Below, one piece after another: positions 1-9,913 of a stretch of DNA of 61,461 nt. This DNA comes from a virus. Its lineage: Duplodnaviria > Caudoviricetes. Where the stretch lies: IMG/VR virus record IMGVR_UViG_3300026120_000001, positions 1 to 61,461 of that record; one strand, 5' to 3'. How positions within the stretch are numbered: the first letter of the stretch is position 1; every line of letters starts with the position of its first letter. Position numbers and translations under genes: made by a program. The notes beneath the pieces were generated by a model. The model ran no database searches. It was not told where the DNA came from and was given only the letters and a program-made list of their open reading frames with translations.

Positions 1-153
1 TGGTTTGTTAATTTCTGTTATTACTTCTTTAATTGATTTTATCTTATCTTTATTAATGGCTATAAGATAATTATATTTGACATTCTTTTCATTTTTTTTC
101 AAAATATAATCAAATACATTATAAGCTTTTAAAATAGCAATCTTCTTCATCAT
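1..153 (-). CDS. hypothetical protein, N-terminal part (runs off left edge)
   Basis: ATG at 153 with GGAGGA RBS just upstream; frame open to position 1 (MMKKIAILKAYNVFDY...). Confidence 0.7.
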   Translation of the reverse strand, partial: MMKKIAILKAYNVFDYILKKNEKNVKYNYLIAINKDKIKSIKEVITEINKP

Positions 154-160
154 TTCCTCC

Positions 161-766
161 TTAAACGTGTTTAACTTTACAATCACAATCTATCCATATA
201 CTAAAACCAAACTTCTTTATGTTCATAGAGAATCCTAAATCCTCAGAAGTTTCCAAACAATAATCTTGATATTCTATTAATTGGTGTGTAAAATATGGAT
301 AATTCATATTTTTTAAAACCCACTTATCAATCAATAGAAATCCGCCCCCACACCAATCAACTCCTTTTACCAAACCCGAATCATTCCAATCAACATATTT
401 TCCTATAACCCCCGAAGTAACTCCCCAATAACCACAAACCGACTTATTCCTATCTTCTTTTAATTGATAAATACCAGAAACTATAAACTTATTATGAGAG
501 AGCAAACTTAAAACATCATTTTGAATGAACTCAATATCATAATCAATAAAAAGTATATAATCAAAATTGAAACTGGTTTGTCGTTTAAGATGATTACCTT
601 CTGAAATCCCAAAGTTTCTATTCTTACCTACACTTGCCCCAATAACAGGATAATACTCAAATTGATATTCCAGAGTATCCTTTAAATTATTTATACACTG
701 AAAAGCAATGGTGTTTTCTTCTTTTATACCGTTGGGCAACGTGAGTACAATTCTAACTTTTTTCAA
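161..766 (-). CDS. glycosyltransferase family 2-like protein
   Basis: YILFIDYD (DxD), VSGIY, VDWCGGGFLLI and SEDLGF motifs typical of phage GT-A enzymes. Confidence 0.75.
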   Translation of the reverse strand: MKKVRIVLTLPNGIKEENTIAFQCINNLKDTLEYQFEYYPVIGASVGKNRNFGISEGNHLKRQTSFNFDYILFIDYDIEFIQNDVLSLLSHNKFIVSGIYQLKEDRNKSVCGYWGVTSGVIGKYVDWNDSGLVKGVDWCGGGFLLIDKWVLKNMNYPYFTHQLIEYQDYCLETSEDLGFSMNIKKFGFSIWIDCDCKVKHV

Positions 767-828
767 AATGTATCCTTAATGGGTGCCGGTAGTTTTGCTG
801 ATAGGTCAAGCATGGATTCTTCTTTGGT

Positions 829-3441
829 TTATGATACTCTTATGGCGATTAAATTATACGCTTTATTTCTAAACTTCCCCTCTGAGTTATAGGCTCGTAT
901 CTCTACAAACCCCCCACCGCTATTGTATTGGTCCAGTTGCAAATAATTTGTACTTGAAGCGTAATAGCTGCTATACGTCAACCAGCCGAGGCCATCATCT
1001 ACCTGCAACATTAAATAGTACCGTCCTTCTGCTGGAAGCGTTATATACACTGAAACCTCAAAGGTGTCAGCAAAGGTACCGCTATACTCAGTGACTGATT
1101 TTATAGGGACGTTACCGCTGCCGCCTATTGTCAGCGCAGATCCCACATCAACATTATCCGCCTCAACCGTTGTCGCGTCCACCAGCGCAGCGGTGATTGA
1201 GTTGGTAACATCCAGAGAGCCAATAACGTCGGTGTTTTTATATAGATAGTTTTTCGACTGCGTAAACTCCGCCATTTTTGTACCGGCATGGTCTATTGTA
1301 AAATCACTGCAATCTACGTTGAGGCTTATCCTGTGCGAACCGGTGTAATCATAGGCCAATATCTCAGAATCGGACTCCCCTAAAACCCTAAGATAGATGC
1401 TATCCCCAGTAAACCCGCTCGAAGAAGCATTTCCAGTGGCACGCAAAGACTTGCCCTCAACACGCTCGGTAACTGCGAGAGACTCGCTCATGCCCACATC
1501 TTCGTAAAATTCCCATCTTTTTCTATCGCCAATGTATGCGCCAACAAGCCGATTGTCTGAAGCGTCCCGCTTTTCACTGTACCACTTAAAATTTCCGTAG
1601 TTGTTGGAGTCGGAAGCCTTGAAATTCATTACGTCGGAGGTAGTATCATAAGAATGGTAAATTGACAAGTCGGTATCATCAAGGTATAGGCTCCCTTTTA
1701 TAGTGACATTGCCGGAAACATCAAGCGTTCCTGATATATCCGCGTTGCCGTTGACATCCAACAACGCATTGACCGTCACAGTATCACCAAACAACGACGT
1801 GCCATCCACCCGAAAACTGGATTGATATATACGCACAGCACCGCTATCTGATTGCAGTCGGAGGTAATTCCCTCCCCGCAGAAGCAGCGACCCATAGTTG
1901 CTGCCTACCGTATTAGATATTATCGATAGTTCCGCGCCAACCTGATTGACAATATATGAGTTACCGGGGATGTCTTTGTAAATCCTCAAATTGGAGTTGT
2001 AAATATCATCATCAACAGTCAGGTTGTTCCGAACCGTAGCACTGCCGTCCACCACCAACGGGCCCGATAAACCAATACCACCATCGAAAAGGGCCATGGG
2101 GCTATCGGCCCACACGCTACCGTCCCAGTACGGTATATAACCGGTAGACATCGCGGCAGTGCTTGAGTGGATGGTGTTGTCAGCGATGTGGCTGTCAATC
2201 TGTGTGTGAGTATGTGTCCCGATATTCTGGATGGCGGTATGGTCTATTGACGCCTCAGTAAAATGTATGGAACCGTCTAAAGTGTGATTATGGGCGGTAT
2301 CCCAATCAGAAATATTAAGGTTACTACCAGTCACTATACCAGTTACTGCAAAATCCCCGCCAATTACCCCACTGCCAACATAGTTAAAGTCGCCACCCTC
2401 GCGATGTATGTAAAAAAGACGCTCAGTATCAACATTATCCCATACCTCGAGGTAATTGTCTGCGCTATTATAAAGTAGAGACATTCCGTTGCCCACATTG
2501 GACTCTTGAAATTCTATCTCACAAGCGTTCGCTAAACCGTTAGACCCTTTTAAAACTATCTTTTCTTGCCCTGTATTATTTCCAATTAACACATTACCGC
2601 CAACGTCAAGCGCACCGCCTACATCAAGTGAGCCATTAATAGACAAATTATAATAGAATCGTGCGTCACCGTCATTCTCAGCTCTCAACCACTCATACGA
2701 CGGCCCGCCGTCTTTCTCAATATAAAAATGCCATGTGCCCGGCGCGGGCTCCCCCGAGTCCTCAATGTAGCGCATGTACAAATCTTTGTCGACGGCATAA
2801 ATCTTAAGGCCTTGATTACTTGTACCGAAGCGGGTTATATAAACCGCATTCGTTCCAGTTGAGCCGCAATCAAAGTAGGCATTTCCGTCGATGATGACAC
2901 TGCCATCAAATGATATTGTGCTCCCAGAAACGGAGGCGGGGCTATCGCCCCACACACTACCGTCCCAATACGGGATATAGCCGGTAGTCAATGCGCTGAT
3001 GCTTGAGTGGATGGTGTTGTCAGCTATGTGAGTATCTATTTGAGAATGTGTGTTTACACCTATATTTTGTATAGCAGTGTGATCAATTGACGCCTCAGTA
3101 AAATGAATACTGCTGTCGCCTAGGTGCGAGTCCAAAGCTCCGCCGTCCCACACAGATGGGCTTATGGTTCTTTTATTAAACACACCAGAATCTTCAACTA
3201 AAACACTATCAGATATTGATGATGACAATGTATTTACTTGAAGTATACCATTTATTATCTGATTTCCCGTCCTTGTTTGACTACCCTCATCTGGACTCCA
3301 ATGCTTTTGTATACCACCAACCCATTGATGTATTAATTTATATGTATCTGTGGAAAAACCATTTTGTCTATCATTCAACAAAGATTCAACCAAAGATTGA
3401 GTGTTTTCATACTCATATATTTTAGCTCTAGTTGTACTCAT
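829..3441 (-). CDS. tail fibre / receptor-binding protein
   Basis: 870 aa, Gly/Ser/Asp-rich beta-strand repeats, duplicated ~60-aa His-rich segment, located downstream of tail genes, visibly GC-richer than flanks. Confidence 0.75.
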   Translation of the reverse strand: MSTTRAKIYEYENTQSLVESLLNDRQNGFSTDTYKLIHQWVGGIQKHWSPDEGSQTRTGNQIINGILQVNTLSSSISDSVLVEDSGVFNKRTISPSVWDGGALDSHLGDSSIHFTEASIDHTAIQNIGVNTHSQIDTHIADNTIHSSISALTTGYIPYWDGSVWGDSPASVSGSTISFDGSVIIDGNAYFDCGSTGTNAVYITRFGTSNQGLKIYAVDKDLYMRYIEDSGEPAPGTWHFYIEKDGGPSYEWLRAENDGDARFYYNLSINGSLDVGGALDVGGNVLIGNNTGQEKIVLKGSNGLANACEIEFQESNVGNGMSLLYNSADNYLEVWDNVDTERLFYIHREGGDFNYVGSGVIGGDFAVTGIVTGSNLNISDWDTAHNHTLDGSIHFTEASIDHTAIQNIGTHTHTQIDSHIADNTIHSSTAAMSTGYIPYWDGSVWADSPMALFDGGIGLSGPLVVDGSATVRNNLTVDDDIYNSNLRIYKDIPGNSYIVNQVGAELSIISNTVGSNYGSLLLRGGNYLRLQSDSGAVRIYQSSFRVDGTSLFGDTVTVNALLDVNGNADISGTLDVSGNVTIKGSLYLDDTDLSIYHSYDTTSDVMNFKASDSNNYGNFKWYSEKRDASDNRLVGAYIGDRKRWEFYEDVGMSESLAVTERVEGKSLRATGNASSSGFTGDSIYLRVLGESDSEILAYDYTGSHRISLNVDCSDFTIDHAGTKMAEFTQSKNYLYKNTDVIGSLDVTNSITAALVDATTVEADNVDVGSALTIGGSGNVPIKSVTEYSGTFADTFEVSVYITLPAEGRYYLMLQVDDGLGWLTYSSYYASSTNYLQLDQYNSGGGFVEIRAYNSEGKFRNKAYNLIAIRVS
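2097..3120. repeat. internal duplication in tail fibre gene: ~180-bp copies at ~2097-2280 and ~2937-3120
   Basis: SIHFTEASIDHTAIQNIG...HIADNTIHSS...GYIPYWDGSVWxDSP occurs twice; DNA offset 840 bp (2101 vs 2941). Confidence 0.9.
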
Positions 3442-3602
3442 ATTACATCCTCAAAAATTATAGTTGAAGTTGGATCTGATATAATAATATTATTACCATC
3501 CACAACTTCGTCTATAATTAAATCATCATCTATTATTGGAGTAAATGTAACTCTAAAATCTGGAAAACCCGATGTCTTATTTGCATAAAAATCAACAGAC
3601 AT
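3438..3602 (-). CDS. small 54-aa protein, PKD-like N-terminus (not in ORF track)
   Basis: MSVDFYANKTSGFPDFRVTFTPIID...; start overlaps stop of upstream gene and stop overlaps tail fibre start (ATGA). Confidence 0.65.
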   Translation of the reverse strand: MSVDFYANKTSGFPDFRVTFTPIIDDDLIIDEVVDGNNIIISDPTSTIIFEDVI

Positions 3603-5989
3603 TATTCATCCAAACCCCAAAAATTATAACCAATTCTTGGATCATAAATAGCTGACGTTGCAACTTGTAATGATCTTAGTGTATCCATAAATCTTTGTGA
3701 TGCTATATTTTCACTAAATTGGTCACCATCAAATATTCTAATGGCTGGTTCATTTGTAATCATAATATGTTTTCCAATATCTAGATTAACCAAACTACCA
3801 TAATCTAAAAGACCTATAGATGAGTCCGCAAGTGTTTGTCCAGATATAACTGGAATTATAAGACCTATATCTCTTAAATCAACCGTATCAAACACGTTTA
3901 GAGGTACCGTATAGGTCGAATTCGCAAGGTACACTACCAACCTATCTGATAATGACTTTATTGCCCTTATAAGACCCTTAAAACGTGCTATTTGGTATCT
4001 TGGATGATAATATCCAATATAGTATTCAAAATTCTCTGGAACAGAAGAATAATAAACATAAGATTCATTTCTTTTTGCAGTAAAAACAAAACCGGCTTCT
4101 ATTTCTCCGATATCAGAAGAAGGAAGTGGTTTATAAAATCTTAATGATAATAGAAAAAAAGGATCTCCATCTCTAGTTCTTAATGTATCGTCTGAAGTTT
4201 TATCTGTATAATTCCTACCGTTTGGGTCTATTACACCAATTACAGAAGAATCAATGTTGTATTCAGAACTATTTTCATAAACACTGACTATACCACCAGA
4301 AACACTTTTGATTACTCTATAATCACCGTTGGATAGATATATTGTTTTATTTACATCAGCACTAGATAAATAACTATAATCAATGGTTATTGTTCCAGAA
4401 CCATTATCTGAAAAATCTATTTCCGTTCCATTGATAGCATCATTATAAGTTTCTGCTATTTTAAAATAATTTAAACTAGAATCAATAACAAAATAATCGG
4501 TGTTTGAAGAGATACCTATTGGCATGGTACCAGAATCGTCGTTAAATGTTATTCTATCTCCAGTTTCAAATGGATGAATGTTATATTCAACGATATTAGA
4601 AGATGAATTAAAAGTTACCACCACCGGAGATGTTGATTTAGTATAATTAATAACACCACTAGACTGAGTTAAGGCAAATGGGAGTTTGGCTCCAATACAG
4701 GCTGGTTGTGATGTTACATCTCCAATAGGTAGAGTTGTTGTAAATTGTGTCTGGCTGGAGATCGAATCTATTGTAGCAGAAGAAAAATTATTTGTGTTTG
4801 TATCATAAAAATGAACAATAGAATCTTTATCACTATAACTAAAAACTGGAACCGATGAAATACAATCAGTTCCTGAAATAGTAAGATCAAAAGGTTTAGC
4901 TATTGATATATCATCAAGCCAAATATAAACTTCTGAATTATTTACTTCTTTTTTTACTGGATCAAATCCATTATTTCCAATATCCAAGGTTGCATATATA
5001 GAATAATGTGTCCAATGTTGATCTGGTACACCATCTAAATTTCTTCCATTTGTTAGACCACTTACTAAATTCTCTGAACCAAAAGAACTTGCTGAATAAT
5101 GATCAGTGTAATCTTTATTGGTTTCATTTGCTTCAACATTACCACTTTCTTGAATCAAAGTTACTCCAGCAGTAAGTCGATTCCTAAGCAGCCCAGTTCC
5201 AGACAATCTGGAAAAAGTATAAGTAAATCTTCTAAGATACACACTTTCTGGATTTACAGAAGTTAGCAACTCAGATGGAACATCTGAATTTACTTTATAA
5301 ACATAATAAGGATCATCATAAGTATTTAATCTATAAATACCATTAGCATTAAATATTAAAAGATATTTATTCAATTCACCAAAAGTACACACACTATTAC
5401 TTAATCCGTTGTTTGCAATTAAAGCACATTCTCTCCAAGCAGTAATGGTATAATCATTTGAGATATATATTTTCTTTTTTATAACTAATATTACTTTTCT
5501 TGAATATGAATGAAAAAAGAGCCCATTTATTTTACCTCTTATTTTTCCATTAACTGAAGATTTTTCCTCATCTGATTCTGTGTATGTTGTTATTTCAGTA
5601 GATGAAATTATCTCTGTTATTCTTTCATTCGTTCCATCATCATGTATATAGTAATCTCCAACATCATAATCAGAAAAGGAATCTCCAACAGTAGCAGTTA
5701 TTGTTCTTTCATTACCACTCACCAAACTGGTTGTTGTATAACCAGAAGTTAAAACTGGCAAACTTGCGGATTCAGTAAAAGAAGAATAATCCCCCCATCT
5801 TTTACTACCGGTTCTTCCTTCTAAATAACTTCCATGGTCTCTAAAGTTTTTTAAATCAACAAGACCAGTTTCTGGAACTTCTGTTGCTGGAATATCCCTA
5901 TATATACCAGAAGAGAAATCTTTCTGTTCACGAACAATTTCTCTTTCATCTTGTTGTCTAGTATGTGGAGTAAATGTATTTTCAGACAT
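3602..5989 (-). CDS. tail tubular/nozzle-like virion protein
   Basis: 795 aa, beta-rich, follows adaptor-like gene; N-terminal DFSSGI..D motif and HPFETGDRITF...YFVI...FKIA insert seen in podovirus tail proteins. Confidence 0.6.
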   Translation of the reverse strand: MSENTFTPHTRQQDEREIVREQKDFSSGIYRDIPATEVPETGLVDLKNFRDHGSYLEGRTGSKRWGDYSSFTESASLPVLTSGYTTTSLVSGNERTITATVGDSFSDYDVGDYYIHDDGTNERITEIISSTEITTYTESDEEKSSVNGKIRGKINGLFFHSYSRKVILVIKKKIYISNDYTITAWRECALIANNGLSNSVCTFGELNKYLLIFNANGIYRLNTYDDPYYVYKVNSDVPSELLTSVNPESVYLRRFTYTFSRLSGTGLLRNRLTAGVTLIQESGNVEANETNKDYTDHYSASSFGSENLVSGLTNGRNLDGVPDQHWTHYSIYATLDIGNNGFDPVKKEVNNSEVYIWLDDISIAKPFDLTISGTDCISSVPVFSYSDKDSIVHFYDTNTNNFSSATIDSISSQTQFTTTLPIGDVTSQPACIGAKLPFALTQSSGVINYTKSTSPVVVTFNSSSNIVEYNIHPFETGDRITFNDDSGTMPIGISSNTDYFVIDSSLNYFKIAETYNDAINGTEIDFSDNGSGTITIDYSYLSSADVNKTIYLSNGDYRVIKSVSGGIVSVYENSSEYNIDSSVIGVIDPNGRNYTDKTSDDTLRTRDGDPFFLLSLRFYKPLPSSDIGEIEAGFVFTAKRNESYVYYSSVPENFEYYIGYYHPRYQIARFKGLIRAIKSLSDRLVVYLANSTYTVPLNVFDTVDLRDIGLIIPVISGQTLADSSIGLLDYGSLVNLDIGKHIMITNEPAIRIFDGDQFSENIASQRFMDTLRSLQVATSAIYDPRIGYNFWGLDE

Positions 5990-6594
5990 TAAAAACCACC
6001 TTTAGTTGAATCCACATAGTATCCAACCATTTTACTACCCTCATTCAAATTATATATGAGTTTTGGCACTAGAAATGTCATGAATCTATCCCACCTTTCA
6101 GAGCGGCCATTATCAGACAGTTCTATCAACCCAAGAACACCCTCTTTAACTACATCAATATGATATTGAGGTGGTACGTTTAACTGAATAGAAGCAGATG
6201 TTATTTCTCTTGGTTTTTTAAAATATTCAAAATAATATTCTGACAAACCGGGGTTTTCTTTAAATAAAATTTTACAAGGTTCATCCTGTGTAGCGTCTGT
6301 ATTAATAAAATCAATAGAAGAACCCTTTGGATCATCTTTACTAGTATAAATATTTGTTACTCTCCAAGCATTCTCTGGAAACCCATTCGTTGTAGTTATT
6401 TCATATTGAAACTGATTGTTTGTAGTCGTAAACAAATAATCATTACCAGTCGAAGTATCAAATACACGCATTTGCCCCACAGGTTTAGTTGTGAGACAAA
6501 TGCGATGAACTTCGTTTAATAATTCTCTTATACTTTCAGTCGTCCAATTAGTAGCAGATTTTTTTATAAGAGTTATTAATGAAGAAGTAAGCAT
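5989..6594 (-). CDS. head-tail adaptor (tail tubular protein A-like)
   Basis: 201 aa after capsid gene; LLNEVHR and VPPQYH segments typical of podovirus adaptors; synteny. Confidence 0.55.
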   Translation of the reverse strand: MLTSSLITLIKKSATNWTTESIRELLNEVHRICLTTKPVGQMRVFDTSTGNDYLFTTTNNQFQYEITTTNGFPENAWRVTNIYTSKDDPKGSSIDFINTDATQDEPCKILFKENPGLSEYYFEYFKKPREITSASIQLNVPPQYHIDVVKEGVLGLIELSDNGRSERWDRFMTFLVPKLIYNLNEGSKMVGYYVDSTKGGF

Positions 6595-7229
6595 TATTCA
6601 GATTCTCTCATGTTTTTAATATTTTCAAGAGCTTTTTTTCGATCTTTAATTTTGACGTTTTTGAGACGCTTTTCATTCTCGTTTTTGAGTCGATCTGAAG
6701 CATCCTCTTTATCTCTCTGAAGTCTTTCTAGTCTCTCCTGAAGTTCTGTGATTTTATTATTTAGGTTACTATTGTGTTTCTCAAGCTCAACTTCACGTTT
6801 GTTTCGTTTGATCTTAAGAACACCACCAACAGGATCTGTGGGAAGTCCTTCTTCAGCAGCCTGTTTCTTGAGTTCACTCTCAATCTTTTTGTCTACAATC
6901 CAAAACCAATTTCTTGCAAAATTTCGTTTAATTTTTTCAAGATTTTTTTCAGTTGCTGCAACATAACCCCAACAACGACCATTCTTGTCCGGGTGATAAA
7001 ATAGACTTCCGGTTTCAAAACCAACGGTCACATTAAGTTCTGAACTTCTAGTTGTTGTTCCTTTAAAATGGGTAATGGGAACCTCAAAACCATTAATTTT
7101 TGGGGGAGATGCAGTAATTTCAGAATAACAAATCTCAATTATATCAACTCCAGCCTGTTGACAACTAGAAATAAAATTTTCTACTTCTTTTTTAGCGGTC
7201 GATTTAACATAGTCTCTAGTAATATACAT
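6594..7229 (-). CDS. hypothetical protein with C-terminal coiled coil
   Basis: 211-aa ORF with AGGAG RBS, translationally coupled to next gene. Confidence 0.7.
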   Translation of the reverse strand: MYITRDYVKSTAKKEVENFISSCQQAGVDIIEICYSEITASPPKINGFEVPITHFKGTTTRSSELNVTVGFETGSLFYHPDKNGRCWGYVAATEKNLEKIKRNFARNWFWIVDKKIESELKKQAAEEGLPTDPVGGVLKIKRNKREVELEKHNSNLNNKITELQERLERLQRDKEDASDRLKNENEKRLKNVKIKDRKKALENIKNMRESE

Positions 7230-7267
7230 TTAACTCTCCTTTATAATGGATTTATCAATGTTATTAA

Positions 7268-7290
7268 AGGAGGGGGTTTTATCCCCCTCC
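7268..7290 (-). terminator. intrinsic terminator after major capsid gene
   Basis: minus strand GGAGGGGG-ATAAAA-CCCCCTCC hairpin followed by short T run. Confidence 0.6.
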
Positions 7291-7296
7291 AATCAA

Positions 7297-8649
7297 TTAG
7301 GCCACAGTTACATTACTTGCAGCTGTGAAGCCGAGAGCAATAGAACCAAAGTTCTTAATGTTCCCATTACTTGCTGTATCAGTATCGAAAGTATTACCAA
7401 GTTGGATACCCTCTTCTGTGAAAGCAGCTTTACCATAGATCTTACCGTACTCAGTTTCCTCAGTCTCAAAGTGTAGAGGAGTAACAGTCCAATCGATGAT
7501 TGCACCCTTACCTAGAAGGAAACCAATTTCCCAAGTTGCATTGGTGGCAGAATCGTAAACGCCACTAGGACGGTTATCGATATTACCCGGCTCAACATAG
7601 GTAACTGTATGAGACCCTGCGTAATCTGAGGTAATCGTTGGGAAACGAGTGTCCTTAACGATAACCAAATTCATTACACGACCAACAACACCAGGAAAAT
7701 TCTGCTCTTGCTCAGACAGATCGGCAACCTTTGTCCAAATAGCACCAAGCTGACCATCTGTATCCTGAAGCAATTTCATATATTGACTAGAAGGCAGACA
7801 CACAACAAAAGATTCCTGTCCACCAATATTCACGGTCTCAATTCTCTTCTGCTTTGCAGCATACTCAGACAAGTAAATAAGGTAATCAAGGCTGATGTTT
7901 GCATTAACACCATTAGTTCCAGTGTCCGCTGCCTGAAAAGCAGTATCGAGATTGCTAATGAACGTGGATGAAGTGGGATCATACAAAGCATCATTGTCTG
8001 AAAAATCAGTGTTGGCAAGAAACCAGTTGGGATTGTAGCTCTGGGTCAAACCGGTTGTGTCATTGACAACACCATCTTTAGTCAGAGGCCACGCATAACG
8101 CTCAAGGAGAGCCTCACGATACTGCTTACCACGGTCCTCTTTGAACCATTTGGACAGTCTGGGCTGCTCATTTGTATAGTAATTGATTACTTGCATGTCG
8201 TTGTGATGGACACCCCACTTCTCACCAGCAACACCTTGAAAGAACTCATTGTAATAAATCTTCATGTACTGAACAGTAGCGAATCTTTCATTACCCTGCA
8301 TTCTTTCAGACACACCTCCAAGACCGGGGCCGGCAAGGGGATTCTCAATGGGCATCACTTGAGTTCGTGGACCCTTCTCAGAACTAACATTCATTACAAC
8401 AGAATCGGGAATTGAAACCTTTCCACCGTTGTAAGAAACCTCAGCACCAAGATCAACAAAAACATCATCAAGAGTAGACTCAATTTGGAGCTTACGATTG
8501 ATGATATCAAGCAAAAGACCTTGATCTGTGTCTTGAGTATGAAAAGAATAAGGACGACTAGCAGTAGCGTCAATACTGGCATTGGTAATACCGCCAGAAA
8601 GTACGGGGGTACTAAGAGTACCAGTTCCCGGTTTAGTAATATTAGCCAT
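7297..8649 (-). CDS. major capsid protein (N4 gp56/DUF4043-like HK97 fold)
   Basis: 450 aa, after portal and scaffold, strong RBS, distinct codon bias, terminator downstream; C-terminal LLGKGAI...E..EYG motif. Confidence 0.8.
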   Translation of the reverse strand: MANITKPGTGTLSTPVLSGGITNASIDATASRPYSFHTQDTDQGLLLDIINRKLQIESTLDDVFVDLGAEVSYNGGKVSIPDSVVMNVSSEKGPRTQVMPIENPLAGPGLGGVSERMQGNERFATVQYMKIYYNEFFQGVAGEKWGVHHNDMQVINYYTNEQPRLSKWFKEDRGKQYREALLERYAWPLTKDGVVNDTTGLTQSYNPNWFLANTDFSDNDALYDPTSSTFISNLDTAFQAADTGTNGVNANISLDYLIYLSEYAAKQKRIETVNIGGQESFVVCLPSSQYMKLLQDTDGQLGAIWTKVADLSEQEQNFPGVVGRVMNLVIVKDTRFPTITSDYAGSHTVTYVEPGNIDNRPSGVYDSATNATWEIGFLLGKGAIIDWTVTPLHFETEETEYGKIYGKAAFTEEGIQLGNTFDTDTASNGNIKNFGSIALGFTAASNVTVA

Positions 8650-8667
8650 AATATTTCTTCCTTTTAA

Positions 8668-9903
8668 TTAGATCCGAGGGGGAGTTTGACCATACATCCT
8701 ATATACAGCCTCTACCTTTTTCCTCAGTTCTGGATTGTTTTTATACTGTTTTGGATTTAGAGCTAAAAGCTCACTAATTTGTTCCTTTGAAATTCCAGTA
8801 GAAAACCCTGCAGTTTCCTCATTATCCAAAGTAACAGCAGATTGACGACGCTGGTTTAGTTTATTCTGAACGTCTTTAAACGAGTTAATTCTAGCCTTAT
8901 TCATTTCATCATAATATTTACTCAGTTTATAAGCCTCATCAATATTACGATAACGAACAGGCTTTCCTTCATCATCCAAAATTACTTCTTCTTTACCAGT
9001 AGTCTTGTTGTATTTAATACCACGTTTCATATCGAGAAGATCATAAATAGCCATCAGCTTATCATAATCATTAACGAACGGGATACCGTGTTTATCAGCA
9101 AGATCTTTGGTTTTACCACCATTAACATAATCATCTATATAATTCTCAAGTTCTGCCTGAGAAGTAGCATTGGTTAGATTTAGAATGTTTTTTCTAAATG
9201 ACATCCAATCCTTAGTCAATTTGTCAATGGAATCAGAAGGTTTAATTTCAGGGTGTCTCGAAGCGAAAGAATTCAGTTCTTCAACCAACTTTTTCTGACG
9301 AAATTCGTTTTCCTGCTTTTGTTTTTCTTCTTCGTATTCTTTAACTCTGTTCTCTTCTATTTTCTTTAAACGAAGAAGTTCCTCTTTAAGCTCTCCCACT
9401 TCGCCGGTCTTAACGGTGTCGATAGCTTTGGTGAGTTCTTTAACCATGTGCCTTGTCTGCTTAGAATATTCAGAGGCATACGGATCATCCTCTTCGTCGT
9501 CTTCGACATTCTGGTTAGCAGGAGAAGGGCTTTCGTTGATACGTTTCTGTAGCTCTTCAAGTTTCTTTTCTAAGTCTTGTCGAGCTTTCTTTTCTTTCTC
9601 TACCATTTCCATATAATTGCGTTCCTGATTAAGGACACGCTCTTTTTCTTTGTTTATTTCCTGTTCTTTCCACTCAATATATCTACGTTGTTTTTCATCT
9701 TCATTGACAATTTCTTCTGGTTCATCAGAAGTTTCAACTGTAGGTTCTTCGTTTTCTACAGAATCATTATATTCTTCGTTTTCCTGTGGGTTCTCTTGTT
9801 CTGACTCTTCTTTTTGAAAAGACCCAGTTAAAATCGAATTCAAAAACTCTGGATCTTTGGCAGCTCTTTCAACCACATCTTGTCTAGATTTCAATTCTTC
9901 CAT
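8668..9903 (-). CDS. capsid scaffolding protein
   Basis: acidic N-terminus, long coiled coil, lies between portal and capsid. Confidence 0.7.
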   Translation of the reverse strand: MEELKSRQDVVERAAKDPEFLNSILTGSFQKEESEQENPQENEEYNDSVENEEPTVETSDEPEEIVNEDEKQRRYIEWKEQEINKEKERVLNQERNYMEMVEKEKKARQDLEKKLEELQKRINESPSPANQNVEDDEEDDPYASEYSKQTRHMVKELTKAIDTVKTGEVGELKEELLRLKKIEENRVKEYEEEKQKQENEFRQKKLVEELNSFASRHPEIKPSDSIDKLTKDWMSFRKNILNLTNATSQAELENYIDDYVNGGKTKDLADKHGIPFVNDYDKLMAIYDLLDMKRGIKYNKTTGKEEVILDDEGKPVRYRNIDEAYKLSKYYDEMNKARINSFKDVQNKLNQRRQSAVTLDNEETAGFSTGISKEQISELLALNPKQYKNNPELRKKVEAVYRMYGQTPPRI

Positions 9904-9913
9904 ACTGTAACTC

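Noticed and set aside
2097-3120. DGR template/variable repeat pair in the tail fibre
   Set aside because: No reverse transcriptase in the window; both copies are in frame and internal, and differences look mostly synonymous rather than adenine-specific.
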